Below are positions 31,901 through 45,095 of a DNA stretch of 64,000 nucleotides, in pieces. The notes below the pieces were generated by a model. It was not told the DNA's origin. It worked only from the letters and a program-made list of their open reading frames with translations, and searched no databases. Positions within the stretch are counted from its first letter, which is position 1. Every line of letters begins with the position of its first letter. Source of the DNA: Camelus dromedarius (lineage: Eukaryota); the NCBI RefSeq assembly GCF_036321535.1, contig NC_087451.1:27776001-27840000 (forward strand). The letters are read 5' to 3'. The position numbers were made by a program, and so were the translations under genes.

Positions 31901-34104
31901 TAGGTCAGTGGGGGTTTTGTCATGCCGGTCCAGTGTCCCTTCTCCATCCAGGTCTTCCTCGACTCCAGCTGCCCCCGTGGACTTCTCCCCACCTCGTTCT
32001 CCCTCCCTGTACACTCTGTGGCTCGGCCCTTGTCCGCCATGTCCCGCAGCCGCAAGTCCCTGAGCTTCTGTCTTCAGTCCTTTTGGGCCGCTCCCTTTGC
32101 TCAGTGTTAGCGGCCTGGTCACCCGCTGTTGCCAAGGCTCATGCTCGCCCTGTCATCTTCCGTGGCAGAAGTGGGCCCAGTGTGTACAACCCTTTCGGGT
32201 CTCTTCCCTCTGGCCACTGATGAGTGCTACTTCTCTGGGTGCTCCTGTGCACCTGTTGGCGGCCACATGCCTAGGACTGGAATGGCTCTTGTGGGGCCTG
32301 TGTATTTATTAGGGGTCAGCATGAGGGGCCTGGCTCCTTAAAGGAGCCCCAGGAGGTGATGAGAGTGAGCGAGCACAGCCTGCTGTCCCTCTGTCCCAGG
32401 GGAGCAGCAGGCCCGGCTTCTCAGGAAGCTGGTACGGTCAGTAGAAGCCTCGGTGTCCCTAGGTCTCGGAAGGGTCAGGGCAGGGCCAGCACAAGGTCCT
32501 GGGGAGAATGGCCTGTGGAGGCAGAAGACAGAGGGTTTGGAGGTTCCTCGTGTCTAGGACAAGCTGGTAGGACACCGGCCTGTGAAGTTGGGCCTGGCTG
32601 AGTGTGACCTCCCCCATCGAGGTTGCCAGTGGCTTTTTAAAAAGTCATTTTACTTGTTCCTCAAGTCCTGAGGACGTGAGAACCTGTGGGTGTCCGGCAC
32701 CTGACCAAGATGCTTCCTGGCCCACTCTCTGGGGTACCAGCAGCCCCTTACCTGATGTAGCACATCCACTGGGCGGGCGCTGGGTGACAAGTGCCCCACT
32801 CCACGGCTTACAGCCTGCGGGGGACACTCACCTCTGAGGACGGCTCAGCTCTACTGGCAGTTAACAAGCCCCAGCCTGGCGTCCGCCTAGGTCTGGAGCT
32901 GGTGTGAGCTCAGCTAGCTCCTGGTCTGGTTGGGAAGCCCAGCTGGCGGCAGCGGGGCAGGTGCCCAGCGTGGAGACCAAGTGCTCCAGGGGCCCAGGGC
33001 GCAGGCCTTGGGGCTGCACGGGCCGAGGGGGGCCAGTGAGGCTCCCGGCGAGCCACAGAGCCAGTGTGCAGACAGGGTGCCGGGCTCCAGGCTTGGCTTG
33101 GGCCTGAAGCTGAGCCAGGAACGCAGGCAGCCCCTGGAGGCTATGGCCAGAGCAGGTGGAAGCAGAGGCTGCCCTGGGAGGAGAGGCCCCAGCGTGGGCA
33201 AGGCTGAGAAGGTGGGTGCCCTGAAGGAGTGGCCGCCCAGGTCCCAGAGGACAGGCTGCAGGACAGCAGGGAGCCTGGCCATGAGGAGGGGCCGCCCAGC
33301 ATAGGTCCTCCGGGTGCCTCCCTCCTGTTGCGTAATTGGAGCTTCCTGCCTCACCCCACTGCTGGCAGCCCCACGAAATGGGTGTCCCGAGGGCTTTCCC
33401 TCTGTACTCTGGTGTTTGTGGGGCTGGTGCGTGGGCAGGGGAACCATGTGCAGCGAAACTCCCCAAGCCCAAGAAAGGAGAAGTCCTTTTGCAAGGAGCT
33501 GGGCCCCTAGCCTGGGAGGGGCACAGGGTTCCATGTGCCTCCAGGAAGCTGCCTTTACGCTTTTTTGTTGTTCTTACCTCAGTCCGAGTGCTGCGTTGAC
33601 CTGTGCAGGTGTTTAAACGCGGAGGTTGCCGGTGAGGAAGTCCCCACCATGTCTCAGCCTCCTGGCCTTCGGGAGGGGCTGCAGCTACCTGCTCTGGGCA
33701 GTCTGGGGGCCCGGGGTTCCTGGGGTGGGTGGCTGAGGTGCTTGTGCTCAGAGGCCGTTTGCAGGGTCCCCCCACCTGGAGCACCTGGGGTGCCCAGCTC
33801 TGGTGCAAGGCCGGGCCTAGGGTCGGGCCTGTGCAGCCAGCGTCCTCACCCTGTGGTGTGTGTCCTCAGCCAGAGAGGGGAAGCTGGCCAGGTGGCCAGT
33901 TTGTAAGCCTAAAAATAGAGCCCCATCCAGGGCTGTAGAGTTCCCTGGGCTCAGAGGCTGTAAACAGAATGCATCCTGGGGTCTCCGCCGTTCTGTTGGG
34001 CCTGGCGGCTTCCTCCCGGCTCACAGCCCTCCCCCAGCCCTCCTGTCACACCGCAGCCTCGGGGACCAGGAAGCTGGGCAGGCTCTGCTGGGCTGCTCCC
34101 CACT

Positions 34105-34150
34105 GGGAAGCACACCCATTTTACAGATGAGAAACAGGCTTGGTGGAAAC
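34105..34150. mobile_element. MIR core fragment
   Basis: cccattttacagatgagaaac matches the MIR core. Similar fragments at about 38190-38250, 44690-44750 (opposite orientation) and 57065-57110. Confidence 0.6.
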
Positions 34151-34570
34151 AACAACCAGGCCCTGCAGGCTGCGAGGGCACTGGACGACTGCAGCCTTCC
34201 CCACAGACTCACGCTCTGCCGGGAAGGGTGTTCTGGGCCTCGGGGACCGGGAGTGTCAGCAGAGCTGCCCCACCCCGGGGAAGGTGCTCCCTGGGCAGCA
34301 GTGGTCCAAGTGCAGGGGCCGTCCAGAGTCCAGGCCGCTCCGGGTCCTGCATCGCCACCCCCCGGCCCCATCAAGCTGACCCTGCCACACCCTGAGCCAG
34401 CTGGGTTGTGGCTGGACCCAGTCCCCTGGGAGACAGGGAGGGCACAGCTAAAGGGAGGAGGCAGCCCCTCTGGAGAGGGTGACCTCCGTCCCACTCCTGT
34501 GTCGTGGGGCTTCCCCTTCCAGAGGCCGAGGGCATCCGGCAGCGGAGCAGGAGGATCAGACACCCCAGCG

Positions 34571-35648
34571 ATGACCAGGTGAGTCTCAGGCAGCAGAGTG
34601 GCCTGGGGTGGGGCCGCCCCCTGCTCCCTGCTCCCTGCTCCCCTCTCCCCTGACGGGCTGGGCTCCCCCAGCTCCCCTGTCTCCAGAGTTGTCTACAACG
34701 GCAAGAGGAACAGCAGCCCCCGCTCCCCCCCCAGCAGCAGCGAGATCTTCACCCCAGCCCATGAGGAGAATGTGCGCTTCATCTACGAAGGTGCGCGGGC
34801 GCCACCCTCACTCTCCCCCCAGCCTTCCGGGCCTGGGCGGGACTGTCTAGTGAGGAGACCCATTCCTGGTCCTGGGGGTCTGGCAGCCAGCACCCCGGAG
34901 GAGGTGGCGTTCTCAGCCTGTCGTGTTTGTGCAGGGAGGGGGGCCACGCGGAAGACAGACGGGGGGACCCGGGGCCGTCCCGGAAGCGGCATGGCTGGAG
35001 TGTGTGAGCACGTGTGCGTGACCTTTGTGCCGGGAGGTGGGGGGTGGAGGAGGCGGGAAAGATGTGGGCTGGCCTGGAGGAAGATGCGCTGTTCCCCGGT
35101 GGGTCACCCGTGCCTCTGTGACTGCAGTTCTGGCCACGGGGCCACGGGGCCACGGGGCTGCAAGGGGTGAGGTCCAGGCAGGGCTCGCCAAGGGACCGGG
35201 GGTGTGCAGGGGGCAACTTCAGGTCAAGAGCGGGCAGGGGCTGCAGGGCCTCTCTGAGAGGAGGGACAGGTAAGACTGGGCTGCCGGCCTGATGGGCTGG
35301 GGGCTCTGACCGCCCTGCCTCCCGCAGCCTGGCAGGGTGTGGAGCGAGACCTGCGCAGCCAGATGTCAGGCAGCGAGAGGGGCCTGGTGGAGGAGTACGT
35401 GGAGAAGGTCCCTAACCCCAGCCTGAAGAGTGAGTGGGGGGGCCGGCCTAGGAGGGAGAGGCCCGGCCAGGGGCAGGGCTTGGGGGTGGGCTGGGTCCCA
35501 GGACATTCAGAGGCAGGGGCACGATGAGGGGGGACCCTGTCTCCCCACCTGCGGCCACCGCTGAGCACTCTGTTGCCCGGCAGCCTTCAAGCCCATCGAC
35601 CTGAGCGACCTGAAGCGCCGGAACACGCAGGACGCCAAGAAGTCCTAG
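34571..35648 (+). CDS. MCRIP1: MAPK-regulated corepressor-interacting protein 1 (FAM195B), 97 aa
   Basis: join(34571-34578,34672-34790,35328-35429,35584-35648) = 294 nt; exon 2 starts at 34523. MTSSPVSRVVYNGKRNSSPRSPPSSSEIFTPAHEENVRFIYEAWQGVERDL...FKPIDLSDLKRRNTQDAKKS*, with CtBP-binding PxDLS motif (PIDLS). Confidence 0.96.
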
Positions 35649-36471
35649 AGCGCCGGGCCCTCCCCTGGCCTCTGGGAGATCTGGGTGCCGCCTGCTGCCG
35701 GGACCTCCTCTCCTGTGGGCCCAGCTCCTGGGAGGGGAGGAGGCCTTGCTCCCAGTGGGCTGAAAACCCCAGGACTAGGACAGGCAAGATTGACGGCCGA
35801 GGCCTTCCCCTCCTCCCCAGGCTCCCTCCTTTTCTCTTGGGGGATCTCAAGCTGCCCCTGTCACTAGGAGGGCTTGGCCTTGCCAGCCCCTGCCCTCCCC
35901 TGGGCCTGGTGCATCTTTGGAGCTGCCTGGGCCTGCCTGCCCCCCAGGGCCTTGACCCTGAGCTCCCTCCCCTTTCCCACCACCTTTCCCTGCCCCTACC
36001 CCCTACCCCTGGCCACTTGTAGGATCAGGAAGGAGATGAAGGGGCCTCTGTTGTCTTCTGTGCTGGTGGGAGTGGGCTGGGTTTGTCCCTGAGGTGTCCA
36101 GAAGACAGGACAAGGGCTATCCCACCCGAGCCCCACGTGGGTTCCCCACTGACCCTTGCTGCTTCTCTGGCCTGGACACAGGGAGCATCTGGCCCCCCCA
36201 GCCCCCTGTCCAGCTGGGCCCCTTCCTTCCCTGTGTCAACTTCAGGATGGCACCAGATCTCCCAGCCGGGGACACTGCTAGGCACCCCCTCCAAGGGTCC
36301 TGGGCAGCCAGGCCCGGCCCTGCCTTGGGAAGGGCATGGGGCTGCCCTGAGCTGGTGAGGCCACCCAGTGTGTCCTGCTCTGTACAGTGAGCTGGGAGGA
36401 TTTTCAGGGCCACTTGTTCTTCCTGTGCCCTCCAAATCCAAGTGTCTGTGACTGGAACCTGAGGACCAGTG

Positions 36472-36477
36472 AATAAA
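36472..36477 (+). terminator. MCRIP1 polyadenylation signal AATAAA
   Basis: AATAAA about 820 nt after the stop. Confidence 0.75.
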
Positions 36478-39400
36478 GGCGAGATGGCATTGGTTCGGCT
36501 TCTTGGCGGTGGTGAGGCCCCTGTCCCGGCTGTCCACGCAGGATGGGAAATCCAAGGTCATGGTCAAGGCCCAGAACTTGCGTCTGGTCCTTGGGCCTTG
36601 CCGGGGGCTCGGGCCTCCTGGGGGGCAGTGGGCAGTGGAGGTGGAGGCCCTGGGGGTGATGTGTCGTTCTGCAGCCCTGGGCCCTCGGGGGTGGCTGCTC
36701 CGCTGTCCAGGTATTGAAGAGGGGCTGCCGGGAACCAGAGCCACAGGTGTATCGATCTTCAGACGGGGGCACACCCTGGCAGGCCAGAGACAAGCCACCA
36801 GAAGTTGTTTCAGGAGCACCCTTTCCCTGGAGTATTCTGGGGCTCCAGTGGCCCTACGGGAAGCTCTGGGAAGCCTCTTCTCCTGGGGGTTGGGGGTCCC
36901 CAGGGACGGGCGGGCAGGCAGGAAGGATGGTTCTCGTGGTAACAGCAGCTGTGGCTTGCTGCCGGTGGGTGCGGCCTGGTGCCGGGCCCAGAGTCAAGTT
37001 CCTGTAGCCACACAGACCTGTGTCCTCCCTGGGGACCTGTGGGGCGTCCTGCTGGGGGCTTGAGTGCCTGCTCGGCAGGTCACTTGAGCAGCTGACCCCT
37101 GCCCCCCACTGTCTGTGGCTGGAATGGAGTGGGCAGGCCAGGGCTGTGTCACAGGCTGCGTGACTACACCAGTGCCCGTTTCCCCTACCCAGCATGTCCT
37201 CGACCACTGAGGATGGGGCCGCCGGCCAGCAGAGGTCCTGTGAGAATGAGACCCCATCTAGAGGGTGTGGGGTGCTAAGCCCGGCCTGGCCACTGCTGCT
37301 GGTGCGGCCTTGTGCAAGTTGCCAAGTCTCCACACCTATTTCCTCAAGTGGAGGTTGGTACCTGCCTCCTGGGTGACTGCCCTGCTGCCACTGTCAGCCA
37401 CCCTGCTAGTGCGCTGGGCAGGGCCCTCAGCCCATGAGACCTCAGGGACCTGGACTGTCTGCACTGTGGTGGCCGCCATCCTGGCCTTGCTGTGAGCCCT
37501 CAGGCATGTCACAGGCTGTCCCATCTCAGTTTCCGTCTGTAAGGTGAGGGTGTGGGCTGCAATGCTCAGAGGACCCTCCCTGGAAAGGTCTCGGGCCCCT
37601 GGCAGCGCCCTGGGAAATGTCTGATACCTTGAGGCGTTAGTTAAAAGTCCACCTGACTTTGCTCCAGATCCTCTCAGGGTTATTCCCCTGTCCTTTGGGG
37701 CCGGAAGGCGGGAGTGGGGCGCCTGACCTCAGCTCCCTTTGGGCCACAGTGGGCCCCTGCATCTGATCTCCCCTGCTACCCTCCCTGGCCTCATGCACTG
37801 GTGGTGGTTGCTCTAAGCCTGTGCCTTACCCTGGAGCGAGCGGGCCCACGGGACACCCCTCAAGGCCTCGTCACTCCCGCTGTCCCTGCCAACTTAGACT
37901 TCTGTGAGACAGAGGCTCCAGGCCTGGGGTCTTTGCTGCGAACACCCTGGAGCAGGGAACGTGGGTAACTAGGCTGTGCTGGGGTGGAGACGGAACCCTT
38001 CCCCTAGTGCAGGGAGGGCGGGGAGGTTGGGGTGCCGGGGGCCTGGGCCTCCTGGGGGGCGGTGGGAGGCGGAGGTCCTGGAGGTTGTGTGTCGCTCTGC
38101 AGCCTGGGGCCCTCGGGGGTGGAGTACCCACTCCTCCATCACATCCCATGCTGCACGGTGCACACGTCACTGCTTCCGTTCAGTGCTGACAACTATGGGA
38201 AATTTTTATTACCCTGATCTTACAAATGAAGAATCAGTGACCTGAAAGAGACTAGCCTTCTGATTCTTAAGCTTTTATTTTTATTACAATTTGAGTTCAT
38301 TAAATGCTGAACACGTACTTTGCACACGTTCATGGGTGTTGAGCACGAAGGACGGTTCCCTGGTGGCAGCTAATACCCAGTCCACCGTTCCCTAGTGTCT
38401 AGGATAACAGTCCGCTCAGGGCAGGGACTCAGGCTGGAAAGGCCAAGCGCGCTGCCTGCATCTGCTCGATGTCTCTGAAGTCTCTCTCAGCCCCACTAGC
38501 TCTCCCCGCGTTTTCCTTCCAGTTGTGACTGACGCCCCTGGGAACTTGAAGATGGGGTTTCCCAAGTGCTGGGCTGGGCTGGCTGCCTCCTGGCAGAGCT
38601 GACAGGCTCCCCATCCCTGGCATTTCCATGAACTGAGGGAGGTGCGGAGGCTGAGGACGCAGGGGGGTCGCTCTGGCTCCCAGGCGCCCAGAGGAGGACG
38701 GGCAGCTCAGAGAGGTCAGCGGGTTGCAGCCCTCGCCTTCTCCTCCCGCCCTGCACCTGGAGGTGGCCACTTTCCGCCAAGTCTTTGGTTTGTATTTCTG
38801 TGTCTAAATAGCGTGCGTGAACGGCTGCCTCTCGATCGTCCCGTGTCATCCTCCTTTCCCCTGCTCCACGCATGTGCTCCTGCCACCCGCCACTGCTCTG
38901 GACGGTCCTCTCACTGCATCGGTGTTGAGTACTTACATCGTGGCATCTCTAGAGCTGAGCTGTGTGGTAAACTGTGTTTGGTTTTTCTTTTCTCCCCAAC
39001 TTTGTGTTTTCTTCGGAGTTACTGTTTCCTGATTTGTTTGGTTTTCTGTGTACTAAGTCCTGAACACTCCACCAGGTCTTCTAAGTCTCTGGGCATGTTC
39101 AGTCGCTGCGATCCCCTCGAGAGCGTGTCTCCTGTAACCCCCTGCCCTGCTTGAGGCCCCTCCCCGCGGTGGGAGTGCCACCCTGCCTGGCACGCAGCTG
39201 CTGTCCTGGGGAGGCCCCTCCGCTCTGCTAGGTTTGGTCCCTGTTTATTGCAGTCTGTGTTTTCCTCCTCTTTGGTCTCCACACTCATTTTAGTAGCATG
39301 TATCTGGGGGCGCATGGGCACACGCGCGTGCTAGGCAGCTCCGTGCGTTCTTTCGGGGAGGGGCCTGCAGCAAGGCCTGGGGTGGAAGTGGGAAGGGAAG

Positions 39401-41252
39401 CAGAGGTGGGGGAGGGGCAGAGGGCCTGGACTGTTGCCTTTCTGGATGGAGAGTGATACTGTGAGGGCGCTGGGCCCTGAGGTAGATGGTGGGCTCCCCC
39501 ACCCTCACCCCCTTCACCCCACCTGCTCAGAGCCAGTGTTCACTGGCTGCTGAGCCCAGCCCCTGCCAGCCTCAGCCTCCACCCCTGACTCCACCGGCCT
39601 GCTCCAGTTCCCTCGGGGACAGGGACAGGGTGAAGGAGGACAAGGGCAGAGGGGGTTGGGATGGGGAGGGCGGTCAGGAGTCCCCTAGGTGAGCGGCACC
39701 CTCCCCCAAGGCAGTCACCAGCCCTGAGCTCAGCCTGCGTGAAGGAGACCTGGTGCCCTCCTGTGCTAGCTTGTGCCCACAAGGCTGCTGGGGGTGGAGG
39801 GCTGGCAGGGTGCCCCTGTGGGCAGGGGCTCAGAGGAATGTCAGAGCCTGGGGCCTGGGGAGCCTGGGGGGTCCGGGACGAGAAGTGGCCTGAAGCCTCA
39901 AGCTCAGAGGTGCAGCCAGCCGCACGCATCCCACCTGGAGGCCCCGTGGGGCTGTCCCGGCCACAGGAGAGCCCAGTCTCCCCTAATGTCTTCCGCCCCA
40001 CCTGCCCCATCCGGGTCTGCAGTGAACATGGGATGAGGGCCCCTCTGGAGGCCCCAGTGCCTGGCAGGTGAGTAATTCTATTTACCTTTTCCAAGAGGCC
40101 TCCTGTCCTTTCATTTACTCCAGTTAGCCTGGCTCTGCTTGAGCTGCTCCAGCCCACGTGGCCGGTGGACACTCCCTCCTCCAGGGCCCTGCCGTCACCG
40201 CCCACCAGCTCCTCGGAGCAGGGACACCTGGCTGGCCTGTTGGGCTTGTGTTCCAGGCTCCTGCGGCCCCTTCCTCCTTAGATGGCTGTCCTGCTCATCC
40301 CCTCTCCATGCGTGCCCCCAGCAGGCATCCCGGCACTGTCCCGGGCGGGGCTCCAGGGAGGTGACCAGTCAGCGCTGGGCTCCCGCCCTGCACGTGCTTC
40401 CACCCTCTGTGTCAGACACACTGTCCCGCAGAGGGCAGCTTGGACTCAGCACCCCAGGCAATGGGGGTCCCCACCCAGCGCACTGCCTGGCTCCTCCTGC
40501 GTCCGGCACTCAGTGCTTCCCCAGTGAGAGGCCCTCACGGCCTGCCGAGCGGGGCACCCTCGCTGTGCACAGCTGCCCTTCCACACATGCCTGGTGCAGC
40601 AAGGGCGGCAGTCACCTTGTGAGGTGGGGCTGTGTCGGGCTGTGCCTTCACTTGGACAGTTTCAATTTCAGGGGTCCACCCCTCCCCACTGCAGCCGGCT
40701 ATGTGGCCTCAGCATGGCTGGGGTGGCTAGAGCAGGGATGAAGCAGAAGCTGGTAGAGGACATCCGGTTCTGGACTGCCCAGTGATGCCCCTGCTGGGCC
40801 TGACTCCAGCCCTGGCTGTGGCTCTAGGTGGGCCAGCGGTGCTCATGTGGGGTTGGTAGGGGACTGTGATGTCTGTGGCCTCCCTCCATTATCAACCCCA
40901 TTCCTGTCCCTCTGCTGGTGAATGGTGACACTCCAGGGGTTGGGGAGCACGTCTAAGCAGGGACGTCCACCCAGGCCCGGGGTGGGGGTGAGCCCACCTG
41001 CACTGGGGTGGGAGGGTGGCCAGAACCTGTTCCGGTGGGGACGCCATGTGCTGGTGGGGCATCGCAGGCCACCCCTCACACTCACAACCCAAGGTTCCAT
41101 CTCCAATGTACCTGTACGAAGGGGCAACAAGGAGAGGTCCTGAGGGAACACACCAGTGCAGGCTGGTCCACGACTGCTCCCTTCTCACCTGGTGCCGGGC
41201 CTGGTGGCCCCTCTCCTCCAGCCCTGCGCTCTGCCAGGTGTGCAGGGGGCTC

Positions 41253-41258
41253 TTTATT
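41253..41258 (-). terminator. GCGR polyadenylation signal AATAAA
   Basis: TTTATT on the + strand, about 270 nt downstream of the GCGR stop. Confidence 0.75.
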
Positions 41259-41525
41259 ATTGGAGGACCTGTGTCTCCTCTAACATTGGAGACACACGGG
41301 GACACGGCACGCATTCACAGAACAGTGTCCCCACCACGGTCCAACCTCCAGCCCTGGGCATAAAGCAGGTGCCCCCCGGGCCACAACACCGGGGAACATG
41401 TGGATGGAGGGGGACCACTGTCTGGCTCCCACATCTCCAGCCTCCGCCAGGCATTTGTTCTGGGTTGTCCGGCAATTCCCTTCCTGAGCGCCTGAGTCCA
41501 GCCCCGGCTGGAGATCCAGGGGGCT

Positions 41526-44500
41526 TCAGAAGGGGCTCTCGGCCAATCCAGGGAGGCCGCCAGCCAAGCAGGTCTCTGCAGAGGGGTCCTGGCTGGTCCC
41601 ATTGCTGCTGCCACCGCCCCTTGAGAGTAACAGCTTCTGGCTGGGGGGCCCGCTGGCAGGCTGGGCCATGTGGCCACCGCCCATGTGGCGTTCGTTGTGC
41701 AGGGCTTTGCCCTCGTGCCAGCGGTGCCAGCGCCGCAGCAGCTCCGACTGCACCTGGGGCGGGCAGGCAGGCGGCTGGGTCCCGTCCCAGGGCCGGCCTG
41801 TGCCACCTCCCAGCATCCCCAACCTCCAACCTCCCACCTCCTGGCCTCGTAGGGCCCTGTGGCGCCCTGAGTGTGGAGCCAGGCGGGCTCTGTCACCGTG
41901 GAAGGCTGGGGGCTGTGGGCGTCTGGGGACACCCTGAGGATGGGCTGAGGCTGACCTGTCTCGGCAGGCCTGTCACCCAGCATCAAGGCAGCCGAGCCCG
42001 GTGAGTGCAAGTGAATGGGAAGGGTTCGTGGCGCAGGGGAGGGGCCTGGCATCCCCACTCCCCTCTGACCCCAGCCCCCACCTACCTCCTTGTTGAGGAA
42101 ACAGTAGAGGACAGCCACCAGCAGGCCCTGGAGAGAGGAGGGGTCAGGGCAGTGCCTGGGCTAGGCAGGGGGTCAGGCCATTATAGGGGGGCAGGCACCT
42201 GGAAGGAGCTGAGGAAGAGGTCGAAGAAGAGCTTGGTGGAGCGCAGGGCACCCTGGGCATGCTCGTCAGTCACGAAGGCAAACACCACCTCGTGGACCCC
42301 CAGCAGGGGGATGAGGGTCAACGTGGACTTGGCCAGCCTGTGGGGGCAGAGCCTGAGCCACTTGGCCCCGCCCCACCCCAGGGCTCTGATGGCCCACCCC
42401 TGACCCCACACCCCCTCTGGCCTCCAGGCGTCTCCGGGTCTGCAATCCACCTGACCTTCACACCCACCGGAGTTTGTAGTCAGTGTAGCGCATCTGGTGG
42501 GCTCGCAGCTTGGCCACCAGGACATGAAGAATGCGGATGAAGATGAAAAAGTTGATCTGCGTGTGGAGGTCACAGCTCAGGGCGGCCCCTGGCCCCCTGC
42601 CTGTCCCTCCTGGAGGTGGGCCTGGCAGCCCAGGTGGGGCCTGGCTCCTGGGGCCCTGGGGTGGTGGGCGCCCGCCAAGGATGGGAAGCCTGGCCCGAAG
42701 TCCAGGGCACTGGCCAGTGTCCTGGCTCATTGCCAGGGCCTCCCTCCCTGTCCACCCAGGCAGGATGCTGTCTCCTAGCGCCAACGAGGACAGAAGAGGC
42801 TGGGGGCCCAACTCCAGCAGCCTCCCAACCCCCCCCCCCCACAGTGCCAGCAGGTGCCTCCCTCACCAGGATGGCCAGGAAGACGGGGAACCGCAGGATC
42901 CACCAGAAGGCCATGTTGTCGTTGCTGGTCCAGCACCTGCAGGGCAGGGCTGGCTCCTGTCGGGAAGCCCCCCAGCCCCACACCCCCCTGACGGTGGGGA
43001 TCTAATTAGTGCCTCAGGAAAGGGAGATTAGGAGTGGCCTCCAGCCTGGGCATCAGGTTTGCTTACTGCCCCCCACTGCCTCTGGCCAGAGACCCCTACC
43101 CTGGCCGCCACGTGCACTGAGCCGCACGGCCGCTCCCCACGGGCCAGGAGCCGCGAGCCCCCAGCTGGCCCGACCTCCGGGCAGCTCACACTCACTGGAT
43201 GTTCTCGAACAGACACTTGACCACCGCCCAGGGGATGACGAACAGCATGGGGGCACCTATGGGGAGAACAGCTGTGGTCCCCGGCCTTGGCCGGCCTGCA
43301 CCCACCCCTGGCCGGCCCGCTCACCCCAGCCGATGCCCAGGTAAAGGCCGAAGCAGCTCCTCCCAGGGGCGGCGGCGAGGCCCAGCAGGCCGTGCAGGTA
43401 CAGGCCCTCCACCAGCAGCCAGCAGTAGTTGGCCACGACTCCGTACTGCATGAACACCGCGGCCACCCGGCAGCCGGCCACCGCCTGGCCACGGGGACGG
43501 CATGAGTGCGGGCCTCACAGCCGCCTGCCACCCGGGGCTGGGGTCGAGGTCGGGAGGCCGGGCCCGGGCGCTCACCCCGTCACTCAGCCAGACGCTCACG
43601 CTGAGGTCGTCCCCGATCCGCTGGCTGTAGCGGGTCTTGAGCAGCGCGTCGATGGCCAGCACGGAGCTGGCCTTGAGCACGAAGGACGTGAACAGGTTCA
43701 CGTGGATGTAGTTCCGGGTACAGTGCAGCTTGCTGCGGGGACCGCGAGTCAGCCCTGCCCGCTGCGGACCCCACCCCTGGGGCGCGGGGCGCCGGGCGCC
43801 GGGCGTACCTGAGGCCCAGCAGGATGGCCAGGGCCAGGAGCAGGGCCCCCAGGGAGAGGGAGTACCCCACCGTGTACATCACCTGGAAGCTGCTGTACAT
43901 CTGGGCCGCCTCTTTCTGCAAATAGCAGCGCCAGTCAGGGCCGCGTGCGCGCCGCCCGCCCGTCCCCGCTGCACGCGCCCGCAACTGACCTGGACTGCGA
44001 GCTCCTCGTCGTCCACCTGGCACTGGGAGGCATTCCGCCACGGCTGCCCCCGAGGCCCGCGCACCCACTGCCCATCGGGCCCACACCTCTTGAAGACGAA
44101 GCGGTGCTGCACTGGGGGAAAGGCTCTGGTCAGCACCCCACTCCCGGGCTCGGTCCTCTCAGCCGACCCCCCACACCCTCGCTGTGGTTACCTTTGCGGT
44201 GCCAGGGGAGGTACCAGGGGCAGGAGATGTTGGCCGTGGTGTTGGGAGGGGTGTCCGGCCAGCAGGAATACTTGTCAAACGTTCTGTTACAGACCAGCTC
44301 TGCAGAGGTGGGGACAGGGTCGCTCCCCGCATGCAGCCCCCAGGCCTCTCTGACCGTCCAGCCTGGTCCTGAGCCCCAGTTCTGCCCAGCCACGTCCCCT
44401 CAGACACCCCACACCTCCACCCAGGGTCTCCACTCTCCCGAGTGCCCGCTCGGGAAGCTGAACCCTGATTCTGTGGGCATCCTTCTGGATCCAGCACCAG

Positions 44501-45095
44501 CTCTGGGGCTCACACCTCCTGCCCACCTCCCTCCCTCCCCCTCTCCCTCCCAACACTGTGTGCCCACTGGGCCTCAAGCTCCACGGGAGCAAAGATGGTG
44601 TCTAGCCTAGACCTGGGGGCGTCCAGCAGCAGGGGAGGTGGCAAAGCACCCCAATTCCGGGTCAGTTCTACCATTTTTAAACATCCTGGTATGTGGTCCT
44701 GGGCCAGTCACTAACATCTCTGTGGCTCAGTTTTCTCACCTGTAAATGGGGGGAGGGGGGAACAGGGCTTTCCCATGACCAGAGCCCAGTAAATGCTTCT
44801 GGACGGGGCAGGCAGCGGGGCTCACCCGTGGGTGGGGGCAGCAGGCTCAGGTTGTAGAGACACTGGTCTCCGTAGAGCTTCCACTTCTCAAACAGGAAGT
44901 CCATCACCTGAGCGGAGGGGGCCTGTGGCTGGGGGCACAGGTGGGCGGACAGGGGACAGACCGGCATCGCTCGAGGGGCAGGCAGGCTGGTAGGAGCCTA
45001 GGGGCTGGGCGGGGGGGGCTAAGGGCAGCGCTCACCTGCCAGGCCAGCAGCAGCAGCAGCAGGAGGTGGGGGCAGCGTGGCTGGAGGCGGGGCAT
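41526..45095 (-). CDS. GCGR: Glucagon receptor (class B1 GPCR), 481 aa
   Basis: complement join(45095-45036,44928-44826,44299-44192,44111-43990,43915-43809,43732-43576,43484-43325,43256-43196,42936-42867,42556-42468,42337-42199,42127-42086,41753-41526) = 1446 nt, all GT-AG. Motifs include [80 protein letters not shown]. Confidence 0.98.

Noticed and set aside
41526-41753. GCGR C-terminal tail 4 aa longer than recalled human and divergent
   Set aside because: This tail is variable among mammals; helix 8 and the terminal LAESPF are preserved.
42128-44191. Very short GCGR introns (68-91 nt)
   Set aside because: Normal compact architecture of this gene; all boundaries are canonical.
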